Of a stretch of DNA of 60,872 nucleotides, positions 1-12,999 are shown piece by piece. The DNA lies in contig JBOZIK010000001.1 of assembly GCA_051453625.1 (NCBI GenBank), positions 40,932,137-40,993,008 on the forward strand, written 5' to 3'. Position numbers and translations under genes: made by a program. Under the pieces are notes generated by a model, which was not told the DNA's origin, ran no database searches, and saw only the letters and a program-made list of their open reading frames with translations. How positions within the stretch are numbered: the first letter of the stretch is position 1; each line of letters opens with the position of its first letter. Origin of the DNA: Welwitschia mirabilis (Eukaryota).

Positions 1-3000
1 TCCATATTCAATATCAAGCCCCGAATGCAATTTATGTTTCAAATCCTTCATATCATGAGTTCAATAAGAGATTGTTTTTTCATGAGTTGTATGAATTTTT
101 TGTCTTTTACATTAATGCTTATGGAAATAAATTGTCATGTGCTCATTTGAGAAAGCCTTGTCTTCCTAAGAATCCATATCTTAAAACAAATAATAGGAAA
201 CATTTTAGAGATCCTTCAAAATCAGATTGGAAACTTTCTTTGAGTCCCTTTTTACATGCCTTTCACAATGATGACACTTATCCTTCTTTTGTCTCTTATT
301 TGAATTCTGAAAATTGTGCTATCGAGGTATTATCTTTTTATTCTATTTCCTACCAATTAATTTTACTAAAAAATGATTACATACCTTTCATGTTTTATCA
401 ATGGTAAATATTTGATTTGAACCTCATTTTTCTAAAATTCTTGAAACCATGTCTCTTTTGCTTTCTTTCTTTTCTTTTGAATAGAAATGTGCTTTAGATT
501 TACGGTTTGAATAAACTTTGCTTGTTTTGCTTTTGTATTTTCAGTTTTCTATTTTGAGAGTCTCTGTTTTCATTTTCTATTTTCAGTTTTTCTTTCTATT
601 TTTTTTTTAGTTTCTGCAAAAATACTCAGTCGTCTCCTCTGTCGTCTCCACGACAAGGTGGATGATAGTCGCTTTTGACAGTTTTCCAATTTTTCTATTA
701 ATTTTCTGTGTTCTGTTTCTTTTTCTTGTGTATGACATCCTCTCTGTCGTCTGGACAACAAGCAGGACGATAGTCAATAAAATGTTAATTTTTGTTTTAT
801 ATTATTTTGAGAAAATACATTTTTATGACTCTGTTGAAATTTCTGACTTGACTACTTAAGAATTACAGGAAGTAGATGGGTAAAAATTGGAATTACACAG
901 GTAAATCATTTGAATTTTTTCTTAGCTTTTTCATTTGAATGNNNNNNNNNNNNNNNNNNNNNNNNNNNNNNNNNNNNNNNNNNNNNNNNNNNNNNNNNNN
1001 NNNNNNNNNNNNNNNNNNNNNNNNNNNNNNNNNNNNNNNNNGTTGAAATTTCTGACTTGACTACTTAAGAATTGCAAGAAGTAAATTGGCAAAAATTGGA
1101 ATTTCACAAGCAAATCGTCTGAATTTTCTCTTAGCTCTTTCTTTTGAAAGATTATTATGGATTACTTGATCATCTTTTAAATATGATTAATATATTTATT
1201 TCCATGACTAATCTTTTAACTTGGGCATTTCAGTGGTAAGATTGGATTCACCCAATCTTAGGACATTCACAAGTCTATGAACTTCAATTTGAAGGAATAT
1301 GCTTTATTTTTTATGTTTTCCTTAATGGTGAAAAGGTCTTTGATTGTTTAAGAGTGTTCTTTTCTGTTTTAATCTTACAACTTTCACCTTTGTCTTTTGG
1401 AGTGTTTGGTCATGTGGAATGTTGTTTTGTTTTGTTTTCAAAAAAACAAAGTGTGAAATAAAGATCATGATATTTTATATTTATAATATCTCAAAAACAT
1501 AGTCATCATGATGTCCTACCACAAAAACACCAGCGCAAATCTTTCCGAGAGGAGCCTTTGACAGTGTAATATGGTAGCTGTAGGAACTTCACTGGGAGGT
1601 CAGTTGGCTATGCTCCGTGGGTCCTTACTTCTCTGACTGTGGTTGCACTCCCCTCATCATGGATAATAAAGTTGTATTTAAACTTTGAGGCTATAGGATT
1701 AATGGTGTTCCTAGTGTCATCAGATGCATTGCTTGTTTCCTAACTCTTAGTCTTTTTACAGGATCATTTCATTTCTTTAGATTTGGATGTTTGTTTGTGG
1801 TCTGATCATTTATTGTTTAAAGCATTTTTCTCTATCATCGTCAAAATCACTGCCTTATCAAATGGAATTTTTGTGCATTAAGTCATGCATTTTTCACATC
1901 AAGTAATGTTGTGATTACTTTCATAGGAGTCTGCTAGGTTAAAATATCAGATTGGTGAGCTATATTTTGTTTATGTTATCTTATGCCCATTCTTCTTGTT
2001 TTCTTTTGTATTTGAGTTAGTGATTTCAAAGTCATTACCGTATTTTCTTAGCATTTTTTCCTTGTTCAAGTTTTCAATAAAAGATGATATGTTGCTTAGA
2101 TAAATCTTTTCTCAATAAACTTGTGTTATTTTTCAGACTTTTGGTGTTGTAAAGCGCTACTCATATTCTTTTTGTGATGAAACATTACAATACACTCTTT
2201 CCTTTACCTGTTAGAATATTTCATATCAATATATTTTTCAAATCTGACATTACTCAGCTTTGCACTTCATTTTGGAATTGTGTCCTCTTTTATCTGCCTT
2301 CTCACTCTTGTTTTCTTTCTTTGCTTTATTTTCTAATACGGGACGTATTACCTTTTCTTTTGGTTGGAGGAGGGGGGGAGAGGGGGCAGAGACCCATTTT
2401 TCATGACTCATTTTTCAAAAAATTTTTAACTTAATTAAGATCTTTCATGACATAAAATTTTCAAAAGTTTATACACATTATGCATTAATTGTTATTTATC
2501 TATGGGATGTGTTTTATGGGCTGGTTTTATAACTTCAAATTTATCTTTTGAAAAACAAATTGGCTCGCCATTATGGTTTTCCGCCTAGTTTTTGTAGGGA
2601 CTGACAAAGGCTAAGTGGGAGGCTCTGTTGTGTTGTTAATTTACGATTATTTGATAAGGTTTTATGAGCTGTTTTGCAGGATTTTTATATAGGTTTAGGT
2701 GCAATTCTGAGGATTTTGGAAATACAAAAGAAAATATCAGAAAAGTGCGATTCTTATCCAAACTTAATGCATTAAAGGCACTTTCTGATACATAGAGCTT
2801 GGAAGAAGGATTTATGATAAAAATACTAAGTTTCTCCTCAAGAAAATAATTAAAGAAGACCGTTGTCCCCTTCGTCATCCCCACGACCAGAAGAACGACA
2901 ACTGTTAATGTGGAATGCTGAGTCATCATTTCGAAAATATTCTATAATGTATTATCGTCCCCACTATCGTCCGAACGATAACTCGGACGACACTATCATG

Positions 3001-3912
3001 TAACTGACTCGGATAGACTCCCTTGACCGTTTTATCCGTTTCTGAGTTATTTATGAGCATGCTTAACCATACCTACCATTTGTCCTTTTCTGCTGTATTT
3101 TCTATAAATAAGACCCTCCTCGACTCTCCTTCTCATCTTCATTGCACCGGACGTTCTCGTGATAGGAGATCGAAGGGCGGGAGATCCATCTTGATCATTG
3201 CAGAAAGACGTGCACTTGGTGGAGGGCTGTGTATCCTCCATAGACAACCGGATGTTTTGTAACCCAAATGATTGTTACTCTTTTTAATATAAACTTTTGT
3301 TTTGTTTTTATATTTGCATTGTAGATTTTCTTATGATCCTTATAGTCTATGTTGCCCTTGATCTGGTGACAATTTCTTGAGTGATATAGATTATCAAGGG
3401 TAGCCTTCGTTAAGGCTGAAAGCAAGTAGAGTTAGGATTATTTTTGCATTACATANNNNNNNNNNTAGATATTTTGTAGCTTAAATGTTGTTACTCTTGT
3501 AATATAACACTTGGTTTTCTTTTCATGTTTGCATCTTTGGTTTTCTGATTACCCTTATGGTTTATGATTATTCTTGATCTTGTGATAATTTTTTGGATAA
3601 CATAGATCATTAAGGACAATCTTTATTAAGGCTGAAATCAAGTAGAGTTAGGATTATTTTTGCATTACATATTAGTTTAGATTGCATCTTGCATTTTGCA
3701 TTGTATCTTTTATTTTCTTGCATTGTTATTTTCTAGTTCCTATTATTTTGCAAAGCAACCTAAGTCTCATACTCATAAACTTCAATGAGAATACGACATT
3801 TCGGGTTAACTTCCATTATACTAATGTGATATATTGTGCAAAATATCTATTTTAATTATTAATGACAGGATCTTTTTGAATGTAAAAACTTGCACAAATA
3901 CACACCGCAACA
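1..3912 (+). mobile_element. Athila-type Ty3/gypsy element copy 1: 3' non-coding internal region, PPT and 3' LTR (5' part lies outside the window)
   Basis: Purine tract AAGGCTAAGTGGGAGG immediately precedes TGTTG at 2626, and the LTR ends CCGCAACA at 3912. The internal stretch ~330-1580 is the reverse complement of ~3913-4950 (copy 2). Confidence 0.85.
2626..3912 (+). repeat. 3' LTR of copy 1
   Basis: TGTTG...CAACA termini, TATA-like CTATAAATA near 3102, homologous in reverse orientation to 8091-9141 and 11939-12791. Contains a ~200-bp duplication around the 10-N gap at 3456-3465. Confidence 0.9.
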
Positions 3913-5297
3913 CACAAGTACCATATTACACTGCCAAAGGCTCCTCTCGGAAATATTTACCCTAGTGTATTTGCGGTAGGACATCATGGCGACCCTATTT
4001 TTGAGATATCATAAATATAAAACATCATGGTCTTTATTTCACTTTTTTTTGTGAAAAGAAAACAACATTCCACATGACTGAACATTCCAAAAGACAAAGG
4101 TGAAAGTCGTAAGATTAAGATAGAAAAAAACACTTTTAAATAATCTAAGATCTTTTCACCATTGAGAAATGCATAAAAAATAAAGCATCTTCCTTCAAAT
4201 TAAACTTCATGGATGTGTGAATGTCCTAATATTAGGTGAATCCAATCGTACCATTGAAATGCCCAAGTCAAAAGACTAGTCATGGAAATAAATACATAAA
4301 TCATGTTTAAAAGATGATCAAGTAATGTCATAATAATCTTTCAAAGAAAAAAGCTAAGAGAAAATTTAGATGGTTTGCTTGTGAAATTTCAAAATTTACT
4401 CATTTATTTCCTACAATTCTCAAGCAGTCAAGTCAGAAATCTCAACAGAGCCATAAAAATGTATCTTCTCAAAATAATAAAAAACAAAAATCAACATTTT
4501 ATTCACTGTCGTCCTACCCATCATCTAGACGACAGAGAGGAGGACATAGACAGACAAACAGAAAATTATCAAAAAAATTTATTAAAAGCTAGAGAACTCA
4601 ACAAAGTTGACTATCGTCCACCTTGTTATGAGGACGAGAGAGGAGATGACAGATTATTATTATTATAGAAATAGAAAATAGAAAACTGCAAACAGAACAA
4701 AAACTGAAATTTGAAAATGAAAACAGATACTCTCAGAACAGAAAACTGAAAAGAAAATTTCAAGGTAAGCAAACTTTTATTTAAATCCTAAATCTAAAGC
4801 ACACTTTTATTGGAAAAGAAAGAAGGAAAATCTAAGGATCTATTTTGGTCTCATGATTTTTAGAGAAATAAGGTTTAAACAAAAAATTTACTAATTGATA
4901 AAACATAAGGGATGAGCAATTATTTCCATGTAAAATCAATTAGATGAAGAAAGGCGTAATGAAGAGCACTTTATACTATCACATTAAAGCATAAATTTTA
5001 TAAGTCAAAGGGGAGAGAAATGGTAACTCAAGTAAAAGATTTTCATTAAATGCAAGAGTTTTATTTGAGAATTACAAAGAAAATTACCTTCAAATCCATT
5101 GAAAACATTTTTCTCATTAAAATTTAAATTATGATTTTTATTTTTTGGCTTATGCAATGGATAATCTCCATTATAATATTTCTTGAGAAGTTAAAATTCC
5201 TTACACTTTAAACATTCTTTCTCACTTTCAAAGTTGAATGTATCAATGGTTTCTTCAATCTCAAGTTGATTATCGTAAAGCATAGGATCATGTGACT

Positions 5298-5720
5298 TTA
5301 TCTCTCTTGTTCAAGTGGATGATGTTGTAAAAATAAAGTGGGTTTGATATTACTTTTAATGTTCATTTTATCATCATCGAAATATTTTTTAGCTACATCA
5401 AAGACTCTAATTGTAAAATTTATATTTCCAAAATGACATTTCATTATTCCTACTCTTGTATCAACGATGCAGTGAGTTGTTGCACAAAAGGCTCTACCTA
5501 AAAGTAAAGGGTATCCTCTATTATGATCTACTTCTATGATAATCACATCTATTGGATAGCAAGCCTCTTTTATTTGTATTACCAAATATTTAATGATGTC
5601 TAATGGTTTTTTAACTGATGTATCTGCTAATTCTAAAACAACCGGAGTAGGCTCTATTCTATTCTCCAAACCAAGTCTCTTACAAATGTAAAGTATCATA
5701 ATATTAATACTTCTACAATG
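5298..5720 (-). pseudogene. Retrotransposon aspartic protease domain (degenerate)
   Basis: LxLAD..., PxDxxI and PLLLGRxFxAT motifs in the ORF track. The frame is broken upstream, near the catalytic region. Confidence 0.8.
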
Positions 5721-8090
5721 TTAATTGAGGATTTTCTAATCTTTTTGTTTCCCTTTATAGTAACATTCACCATAACTAATCCTAAATCTATAAATTTGAA
5801 TGATCTTTGTAATACTAAATTTGTGAGGAATTGGGTAAGAAAGACTATTCTAGGGAAAACTCATTTATATTTTCTTCTTATTAGGTTTTTCCATAATTTT
5901 AAATACCTTGTATTTTCTTTTAAAAATTTCCAAAAGGGTAAGTTTATACTCATGTTTTTCATCAAGGGTTTAAAGTAATCATTGAAAGTTAAATTGTTGT
6001 TAAGCCTATCCATCCAAAAGGTCATTTCTTAAGAAGGATTTAAGGGAAGTTGTAATTTTCTAATATTTCAATGTCCTCTTCCTCTTCTTCTTCATCATTT
6101 CTAAAGTTATTTTAAGAGGTGAAATTTTCACATGGAGGAGGGTTTATTTCTTGTTAACTTTTTACCATAACCTTATAATCTTTTCTTAGTTAATTTAGGT
6201 TTTGTAAAGGTTATATTACTAAAGTTCATTGATGTAATTAATTTACTAGTATTTTTTGTTAAATGATGTTAATCACATTTTCTATGTTGGCATTTGTTCC
6301 TCTATGTTCATCTGTAAGGTTTGTGATTTGATCATTTGGATGTTGAAAACTTGATGAATTTGGGGGGTAGTTTGCATTTCCGAATTGATTAATAAAAGGT
6401 TGAGAATTTTTTTGGAAATGAGTGTTTAACCTTGGTTATATTTAATTTTGGTTTTGGAAGTTTTAGGATGGTTGGTTAAAAGCACAAACTTCTTCACATA
6501 TTATCTCTTTATATATTGGCAAAAGACGATAATTTTTTAGTAATATGATAATTATATTTACATAAGTCACAAGTTTTCATAACATTTCTTTTGGTTGTGG
6601 TTTTAGCATCTAAGATCATTTTCACATACTTTTCCAAGGTTGTTATAAAATATTTCACAGGATTTGTAGAATTGGATTCTACCTCTTTTTGTTATTTAAT
6701 CTCTTTTAAGTCATTAATGAGTTGGCCTTTCTTTAGGTGTTGATCAAGTTTAACTAACCTCTATAAGTTCTTATAATTTTAACCAAGTATCTTATAATGT
6801 AAAGTTCATGACATTTCCATCACAAAAGAAATCTACAAGTTGTTTCATGTGGGGAGTTAATCCACTATAAAAATGATCTAGTTATTCTACTTTTAAAAAG
6901 GCATCTATTAGATTAGAGTGGATTGCTATAAAGAAATGTTCATAAGTAGAGGCATAATCTTTATTTGGTTTTTATTAAAATTTTGTTACCTCTTTTTTTT
7001 ATTTTTCTTACAGTCTCTTCACTTATGAATTTTTTTACAAAGGTTTTTCAAACTTGATCCCATGTTTTTAAGCTTTCATGAGGTATAGTTTTTAGCCAAA
7101 GTTTTATCCTATTCTTTAATGTCATGGAAAAGATTACCACATATAGTCTATCCATTATTTTTTTCTTCTCATTTCTTGAGGCAAGGATAAGTTATTCAAT
7201 ATCTCGAATGTGTTGAAGAGAATCCTCATCATTGTCTCTACTAAAAGTTGGATAGGCATATAAATTTTTAAGCTCAACATCATCTTCTAGGGATAGGTCA
7301 AAAGGTTTTTGAATTTTTCTTTTCTTGTTGGCTAATAATTCTATAAGGGTGAGGTTTGTATTAGGGGTAGAAGATTCTAAAACTTGTTTTTGCTTATAGA
7401 AGGCACTTAACATTGTAAATTGATTCTCTTCTTCAATAGGATTTTTGTTAAGAAAATTGGATTTAGAAAAAATAAATTTGGAAGGAGGTTTTAATGCACC
7501 TAGAGATTGCTTTTATGATTTGTTTCCTATATTAACTAGTCCTTCTTTGATATTGTTTTTTATTAACATCTTTTCTCTATGATATCTCTTCTTAATGTTG
7601 ACCATATCCTACAAACAGAAAATAATAAAAAATAGATAAAAAATAATAGACTATCATCTTGTCTATCGTGGGGATGATAGAAGGAATGATAAACATAGAA
7701 ACCAGAAAAACAAAAATAGAACCAAAGTAAAACAAAAATTAGAAAACATAGAAAATAGGCCTATCATCCTCCTAGTCATCTGGACATAATAGGAGATAAT
7801 AGAAACTAATTTATTATAGAATAGTGGAGATTCAAAAATAAAATTAATAGTAAAAGTAACACATTATTGTCTTGACTATTGTAAAGATGATAGAGGAGAT
7901 GATGACACTTTTTCTATAGAAAACTGAATCTAAAAAAACAAAAAACTATAAAACTGCACACAGAAAAACTACAACTCCTAACAAAATATAATACAACATA
8001 GAGAAATAACAAAACAGAGGTCTGAATTAATCATCTAAATGACGACAATCCTTATATCCTCAAGAGCCTTACCTAGTAATAGTGACAATT

Positions 8091-9141
8091 TGTTATGGTG
8101 TGTATTTATGCAAGATTTTACATTCAAAGAGATCCTATCATTTATTAAAAAAATAGATATATTACATAATACGTCACACTAGTATAATAAGAGTTAACCT
8201 AAAATGTTGCATATCATTGAAGTCTATGAGATAAGACTCAAGTTGCTTTGCAAATAAAACTAGGAACCAAAAGTAAAGAATAATGCAAGAAAATAAAGAT
8301 ACAATGTAAGATGTAAGATGTAATTTAAAATAACATGTAATGCAAAAATAGAACTAAATCTAATTGCTTTTAGCCTTAACAAAGACCACCCTTGATGATC
8401 TATGTCACCTAAGAATTATCACCAGATCAAGAGCAATTATAAACCATAAGGGTAATTATAAAACCTAAGATGTAAACATGAAAAACCAAGTTTTATATTA
8501 GAAAAGTAACAACATTTAGGTTACAAAATAGCTGGGTCTTATTGAAGGATACACAACCCTATACCAAATGCACAACTTTCTGTAACACACACAGATGATT
8601 CTCCCACCCTTTGATCTCTTATTACAAGAATGTCCAGTGTAATATGAAGGGAGGTTTATTTGTAACAATACCTAGCAAAAAAGTACAAATAATAGGTGTG
8701 AAAAGGCATACTAATTTACAACTTAAAAAAGGATGAAATGGTTACAAATCACAGTTAAAGTCAATTACATGTGAGTGTCATCTAGCATGTCGTCTAGACA
8801 ACATAGGGGATGATAGCATATTATAGAATATTCTTGAAATGATGACTTAGCAGTCCACATTAGTAGTCATTGTCTTGCATGTTGTGGGGATGACAGAGGG
8901 GATGATGATCTTCCTTGATTACTTTCTTAAGGAGAAACTTAGCATTTTGTTAATAACGCTTCTTTAAAGATTTATGCATTATAAAGTACCTTTAATACAT
9001 CAAATTTAAATAAGAATTTCACTTTTCTAAGATTTCCTCTTGTATCTCCAAAATCCTTAGAATTTCACCTAAACCTATATAAAAGTCCTGTAAAACAACT
9101 CATAAAACCTCATTAAATAACCTTAAATTTTTAGTGCAACA
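8091..9141 (-). repeat. 5' LTR of copy 2
   Basis: TGTTA...GCAACA ends on the + strand, colinear with the other two LTRs, with a degenerate PBS immediately to the left (~8072-8088). Confidence 0.85.
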
Positions 9142-9239
9142 TCCCCCATTTTTCTTTTCTCCTATTCCCTTTTGTACCTCACCTCTTCTCCTTTTCTTTC
9201 ACCTCTTTGCTTTGGCCCCTCCATTGTTAGAAGATTTCC

Positions 9240-9540
9240 ATGATATGATTGATGCAGAACACACCTATGCATGTCTATTAATGGTATAAATCATGAGGAT
9301 AGGATACTACTAGCTCATCATGGCCAAGGATGTATGTGAGCATGCTCAAACTTGTGATGTATGTTAATACTTTGTTACTAGAGACTAGAATCTAGTCCTG
9401 GCTTTCCTCCCAATCTTGGAGCCCTTTGAGAATTAGGTGATTGACTTTAATGGTAAGATCTATCCTCCTCTTTCTACTATCCATTTCTTCTTTTTCACAA
9501 CAATGCTTTACTACACTCATTGGATGAAAGTAGAAAATCT
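9240..9540 (+). mobile_element. Old Ty3/gypsy (Tat-like) integrase fragment
   Basis: Manual translation gives IMRIGYY*LIMAKDVCEHAQTCDVC (zinc finger) and PFEN*VIDFNGKIYPP...YYTHWMKVE (start of the catalytic core), with stops. Confidence 0.7.
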
Positions 9541-9568
9541 AAAGTTTGACTTTTTATATTTATTTATT

Positions 9569-9838
9569 TTCTACATGAGAAAGGATTTTAAGGAATTTAT
9601 TTGATAAAATACCTTAAAAATATTTTAAGGTTTTTATTTGATAAATTACCTCAAAATGCTTTTGAGGCATTAATTATTTTGAGGCATTTCTTGCAAAAAA
9701 TGCCTTAAAATACTTCTGAGGTGTTTATTATAAAAATGCCTTAAAAGGTTTTCTAAAGTGTTTTTATAAAAATGCCTTTAAACTGTTTTAAAAGCATCTA
9801 GTCTTTTAAGCTAAGGTTTTTTAAAGTGTTTTGTGAAG
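9569..9838. mobile_element. Degenerate CACTA-like terminus with subterminal repeats, cut by a gap
   Basis: Multiple AAATGCCTTAAAA / TTTTGAGGCATT motifs in both orientations after a degenerate (TT)CTACATGAGAAAGG start. The same motif occurs at ~41905-41955. Confidence 0.5.
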
Positions 9839-10343
9839 NNNNNNNNNNNNNNNNNNNNNNNNNNNNNNNNNNNNNNNNNNNNNNNNNNNNNNNNNNNNNN
9901 NNNNNNNNNNNNNNNNNNNNNNNNNNNNNNNNNNNNNNTGTTTTGGGAGGTTGAAATTTCACAAGGATGAGGGTTTGTTTCTTGTTCACTTCTTGTCACA
10001 ATGTTACTTTTTTTTAGTTCATTTGGGTTTGGCAAAGGTTGTGTTGCTAAATTTCCTTGAGGTCTTTGGTTTGCTAGCATTGTTTGTTGAAGAATGTTTA
10101 TTAAGTTTTCAAGTTTGTCATTTGTTTCTTCATGTGATCTTCTAATTTCATCTGTAAGGTTTATGATTGGATCATTTGGATGTTGGTAATGGATGAACTT
10201 GGTGGGTAGTTTATATTTTCGAACCGATTTCTAAAAGGTTGACAATTGTTTCAAAAATGAGTGTTTAACCTTAGTTGTGCCTGATTTTAGTTTCGGAAGT
10301 TTTGAGATGGTTGGTTGAAAGCACAAATTTCTTCACGCATCCT

Positions 10344-11476
10344 CTATTTGTATGTTGGCAAAAGAGGACAATGTTTAGTGATATAATAATTATTTTCACA
10401 TAAGTCATAAGTTTGCACAACATTTCTTTTGGTTACGGTTTTGGCATCTAAAATCATTTTCGCATACTTCTTCAAGGTTTTTGTAAAATCTTTCATAGAA
10501 TTTGTAGAATTGGATTCTACCTCTTTTTGTTGTTTAACCTCTTTTAAGTCCTTGATGAGTTGGCCCACAGTTAGATTTTCTTTAGGTGTTGACCAAGTTT
10601 GCCTAACCTCCATAAGTTCTTCTAATTTTGTCCAGGCATCTTCTAATGTAAAGTTCATGAGGTTTCCACCACAAGAAAAATCTACAAGTTTTTTTGTGTG
10701 GGGAGTTAATCCACTATAAAAATGATCTAATTGTTCTACTCTTGAAAAGGCATCTACTAGATTAGAGTGGATTACTATAAAGAAACATTCATAAGTAGAG
10801 GCATAATCTTCATTTAGTTTTTGTTGAAAGTTTGTTACCTCTTTTTTTCTTTTTCTCACGATTTCTTCACTCATGGATCTCTTTACAAAAGTTTCCCGGA
10901 CTTGATCCCCTGTTTTTAAGCTTTTGTGGGATATAGTATTTAGCCAAAGTTTTTCCCTACCCTTTAATGTCATGGGAAAAATTACTATATATGTTCTACC
11001 CGTTAATTTTTCTTCTCATTTCCCGAGGTAAGGATAAGTTGTTCAATGTCTCCAATGTATTCAAGGGGAACCTCATCATTTTCTTCACTAAAAATTGGGT
11101 AGGCATGTAAATCTTTAAGCTCGACATCATCTTCTAAGGATAGGTCAAAAGGTGTTTGAATGTCTCTTTTCTTATTTGCTAATAATTCCCTCGGGGTAAG
11201 GTTTGCATTAGGGGTAGAAGATCCTACGACTTGTTTTTGCTTACAGGAGACACTCGACATTGTAAATTGGTTCTCTCCTTCTATAGGGTTTTCGTTAAGA
11301 AAATCTAACTCAGAAAAAACAAATTTGGAAGGAGGTTTGATTGCACCTAGAGATCGCTTTTCTGATTTGTTTTCTATATCCACCAGTCCTTCTTTGATGT
11401 TTTTTTCTATCAGTAGATTTTCTCTCAGATATCTCTTCTCTATGTTGACCATATCACAACATCCTGTAAACAGCAA
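10344..11476 (-). pseudogene. Gag (retrotrans_gag) of copy 3, frameshifted
   Basis: Two consecutive ORFs out of frame with each other, carrying Athila-like gag motifs. Confidence 0.8.
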
Positions 11477-11919
11477 ACAACAGAAAATAGATCAAGAATA
11501 ATAGACCATCGTCCTGTCTGTCATGGGACGACAGAAGGTACGACACACACAGAAACCCAAAAAAAAAAAAAAGGAATCGAAACCAAAACAGAAAGTAGAA
11601 AACACAGAACACAATCCTGTCATCCACCTAGTCGTCCAGACATCACAGGAGACGATAGAAACTAATTTATTTCAGAAAAAATCACAATCCAAAAAACCGA
11701 AAACAAAAATGGAACACTGTCATCTTAACTATCATGGGAACGACAGAGGGGACGATCACTCTTTTTCTATAGAAAACTGAATCTGAAAATACGAAACTAA
11801 AAATAGCACACAGAAAACCTACAGCTCCTAAAATACAATGCCGCATAGACAAATAACCGAATAAAGGTCCAATATACTCACCTGAATGACGACAACCCTT
11901 GTACTCCTCGATAGCCTTC

Positions 11920-11936
11920 TCCAATAATAGCGCCAA
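11920..11936 (-). other. Primer-binding site, degenerate tRNA-Asp type
   Basis: The minus strand reads LTR-end AACA-AAT-TGGCGCTATTATTGGAG. This differs from the Athila PBS TGGCGCCGTTGCCGGGG only by C>T and G>A transitions. Confidence 0.7.
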
Positions 11937-11938
11937 TT

Positions 11939-12791
11939 TGTTGCGGTGCGTATTTGTACAAGTTTTTACATTCAAAGAGACCTTGTCATTTATAACCAAA
12001 ATAGATATCTAACACAATACATCACACTAGTATAAGTGGGAGTACACTCGAAATGTCATATCTCATTGAAGTCTATGAGATGAGACCTATGTTGCTTTGC
12101 AAAATAATACTAGGAACCAGAAATAAAGAATAATGCAAGGAAATAAAGATACAATGTAAGATGCAAGATGCAATATAAACAAACATGCAATGCAAAAATA
12201 ACCTTAACTCTACTTGCTTACAACTTTAACAAAAGCTGCCCTTGATGATCTATGTCACCTAAGAAATTGTCACCAGATCAAAGGCAATCATAAACCATAA
12301 GGGTAATCAGAAAACCTAAGATGCAAACGTGAAAAGAAAACCAAGTTTTATATTAAAAGAGTAACAACATCTAGGTTACAAAACAGTTGGGTTTCAATGG
12401 AGGATACACAGCCATCCACCAAGTGATTATCTTTCTGTAACACACGCAGATGGATCTCCCGCCCTTCGACCTCCTGTCACGAGGATTTTTGGTGCAACAA
12501 AGATGAGAAGGAGAGTCGAAGGGGGGTTTGTTTATAACAACATACAGCAGTCGTCATCCTGCCTGTCGTGGGAACGACGGAGGGGATGATGGTCTTATTT
12601 GATCATTTCCTTGAAGAGGACTTTAGCATTTTTGTCATTAATCCTTCTTCAAAGCTCTGTTCATCAGAAAGTGTCTTTAATACATCAGAAAGTATCTCTA
12701 AAATCCTCAAAATTACACCTAAACTTGTGTAAAAGTCCTGCAAAATAACTCATAAAACTCCATCAAATAACTGTAAATTAGCAATACAACA
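11939..12791 (-). repeat. 5' LTR of copy 3 (internally deleted)
   Basis: TGTTG...CAACA termini. It lacks ~200 bp present in the other copies (deletion point ~12548). Confidence 0.9.
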
Positions 12792-12999
12792 TACTACATA
12801 GTATATATAATTTAAGGGTTTTATTTAATACTATTAAGCTCTAATTATTACTATTATACAACACAGCTAATGATAATTGTATGGTGTGGTTGAGAGCTTA
12901 GCAAGCGTCAACTCTCTAACACCTTAGCACCCTCCCTTTTAAGATTTTACCGACACTACATTTAAAAAAATTACTTTTCTAAATGCGAAGTCCTCTCGT

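Larger units (their letters stand above)
3913..9141 (-). mobile_element. Athila-type element copy 2: 5' LTR, PBS, degenerate gag, aspartic protease and 3' non-coding region, interrupted at 3913 by copy 1
   Basis: LTR at 8091-9141. Gag remnants ~6000-7610 are colinear with copy 3. ORF 5298-5699 reads LELADTSVKKP...YPIDVIII...PLLLGRAFCATTHCIVDTRVG, typical of Athila protease. No RT/RNase H/integrase motifs are visible downstream. Confidence 0.85.
9939..12791 (-). mobile_element. Athila-type element copy 3: 5' LTR, PBS, 5' UTR and frameshifted gag, truncated by the gap at 9839-9938
   Basis: LTR at 11939-12791. ORFs 11003-11476 and 10344-10973 show retrotrans-gag motifs (TLKGREKLWL, FQQKLNE, QLDHFYSGL, VDFSCGGNLM) in different frames. 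Confidence 0.88.

Noticed and set aside
9142..9165. Purine tract (minus strand) abutting the 8091-9141 LTR, suggesting a tandem LTR-internal-LTR-internal array with a shared LTR
   Set aside because: It does not match the family PPT block seen at ~2590-2625, and the adjacent DNA is an unrelated plus-strand integrase remnant, so it is better read as target-site sequence.
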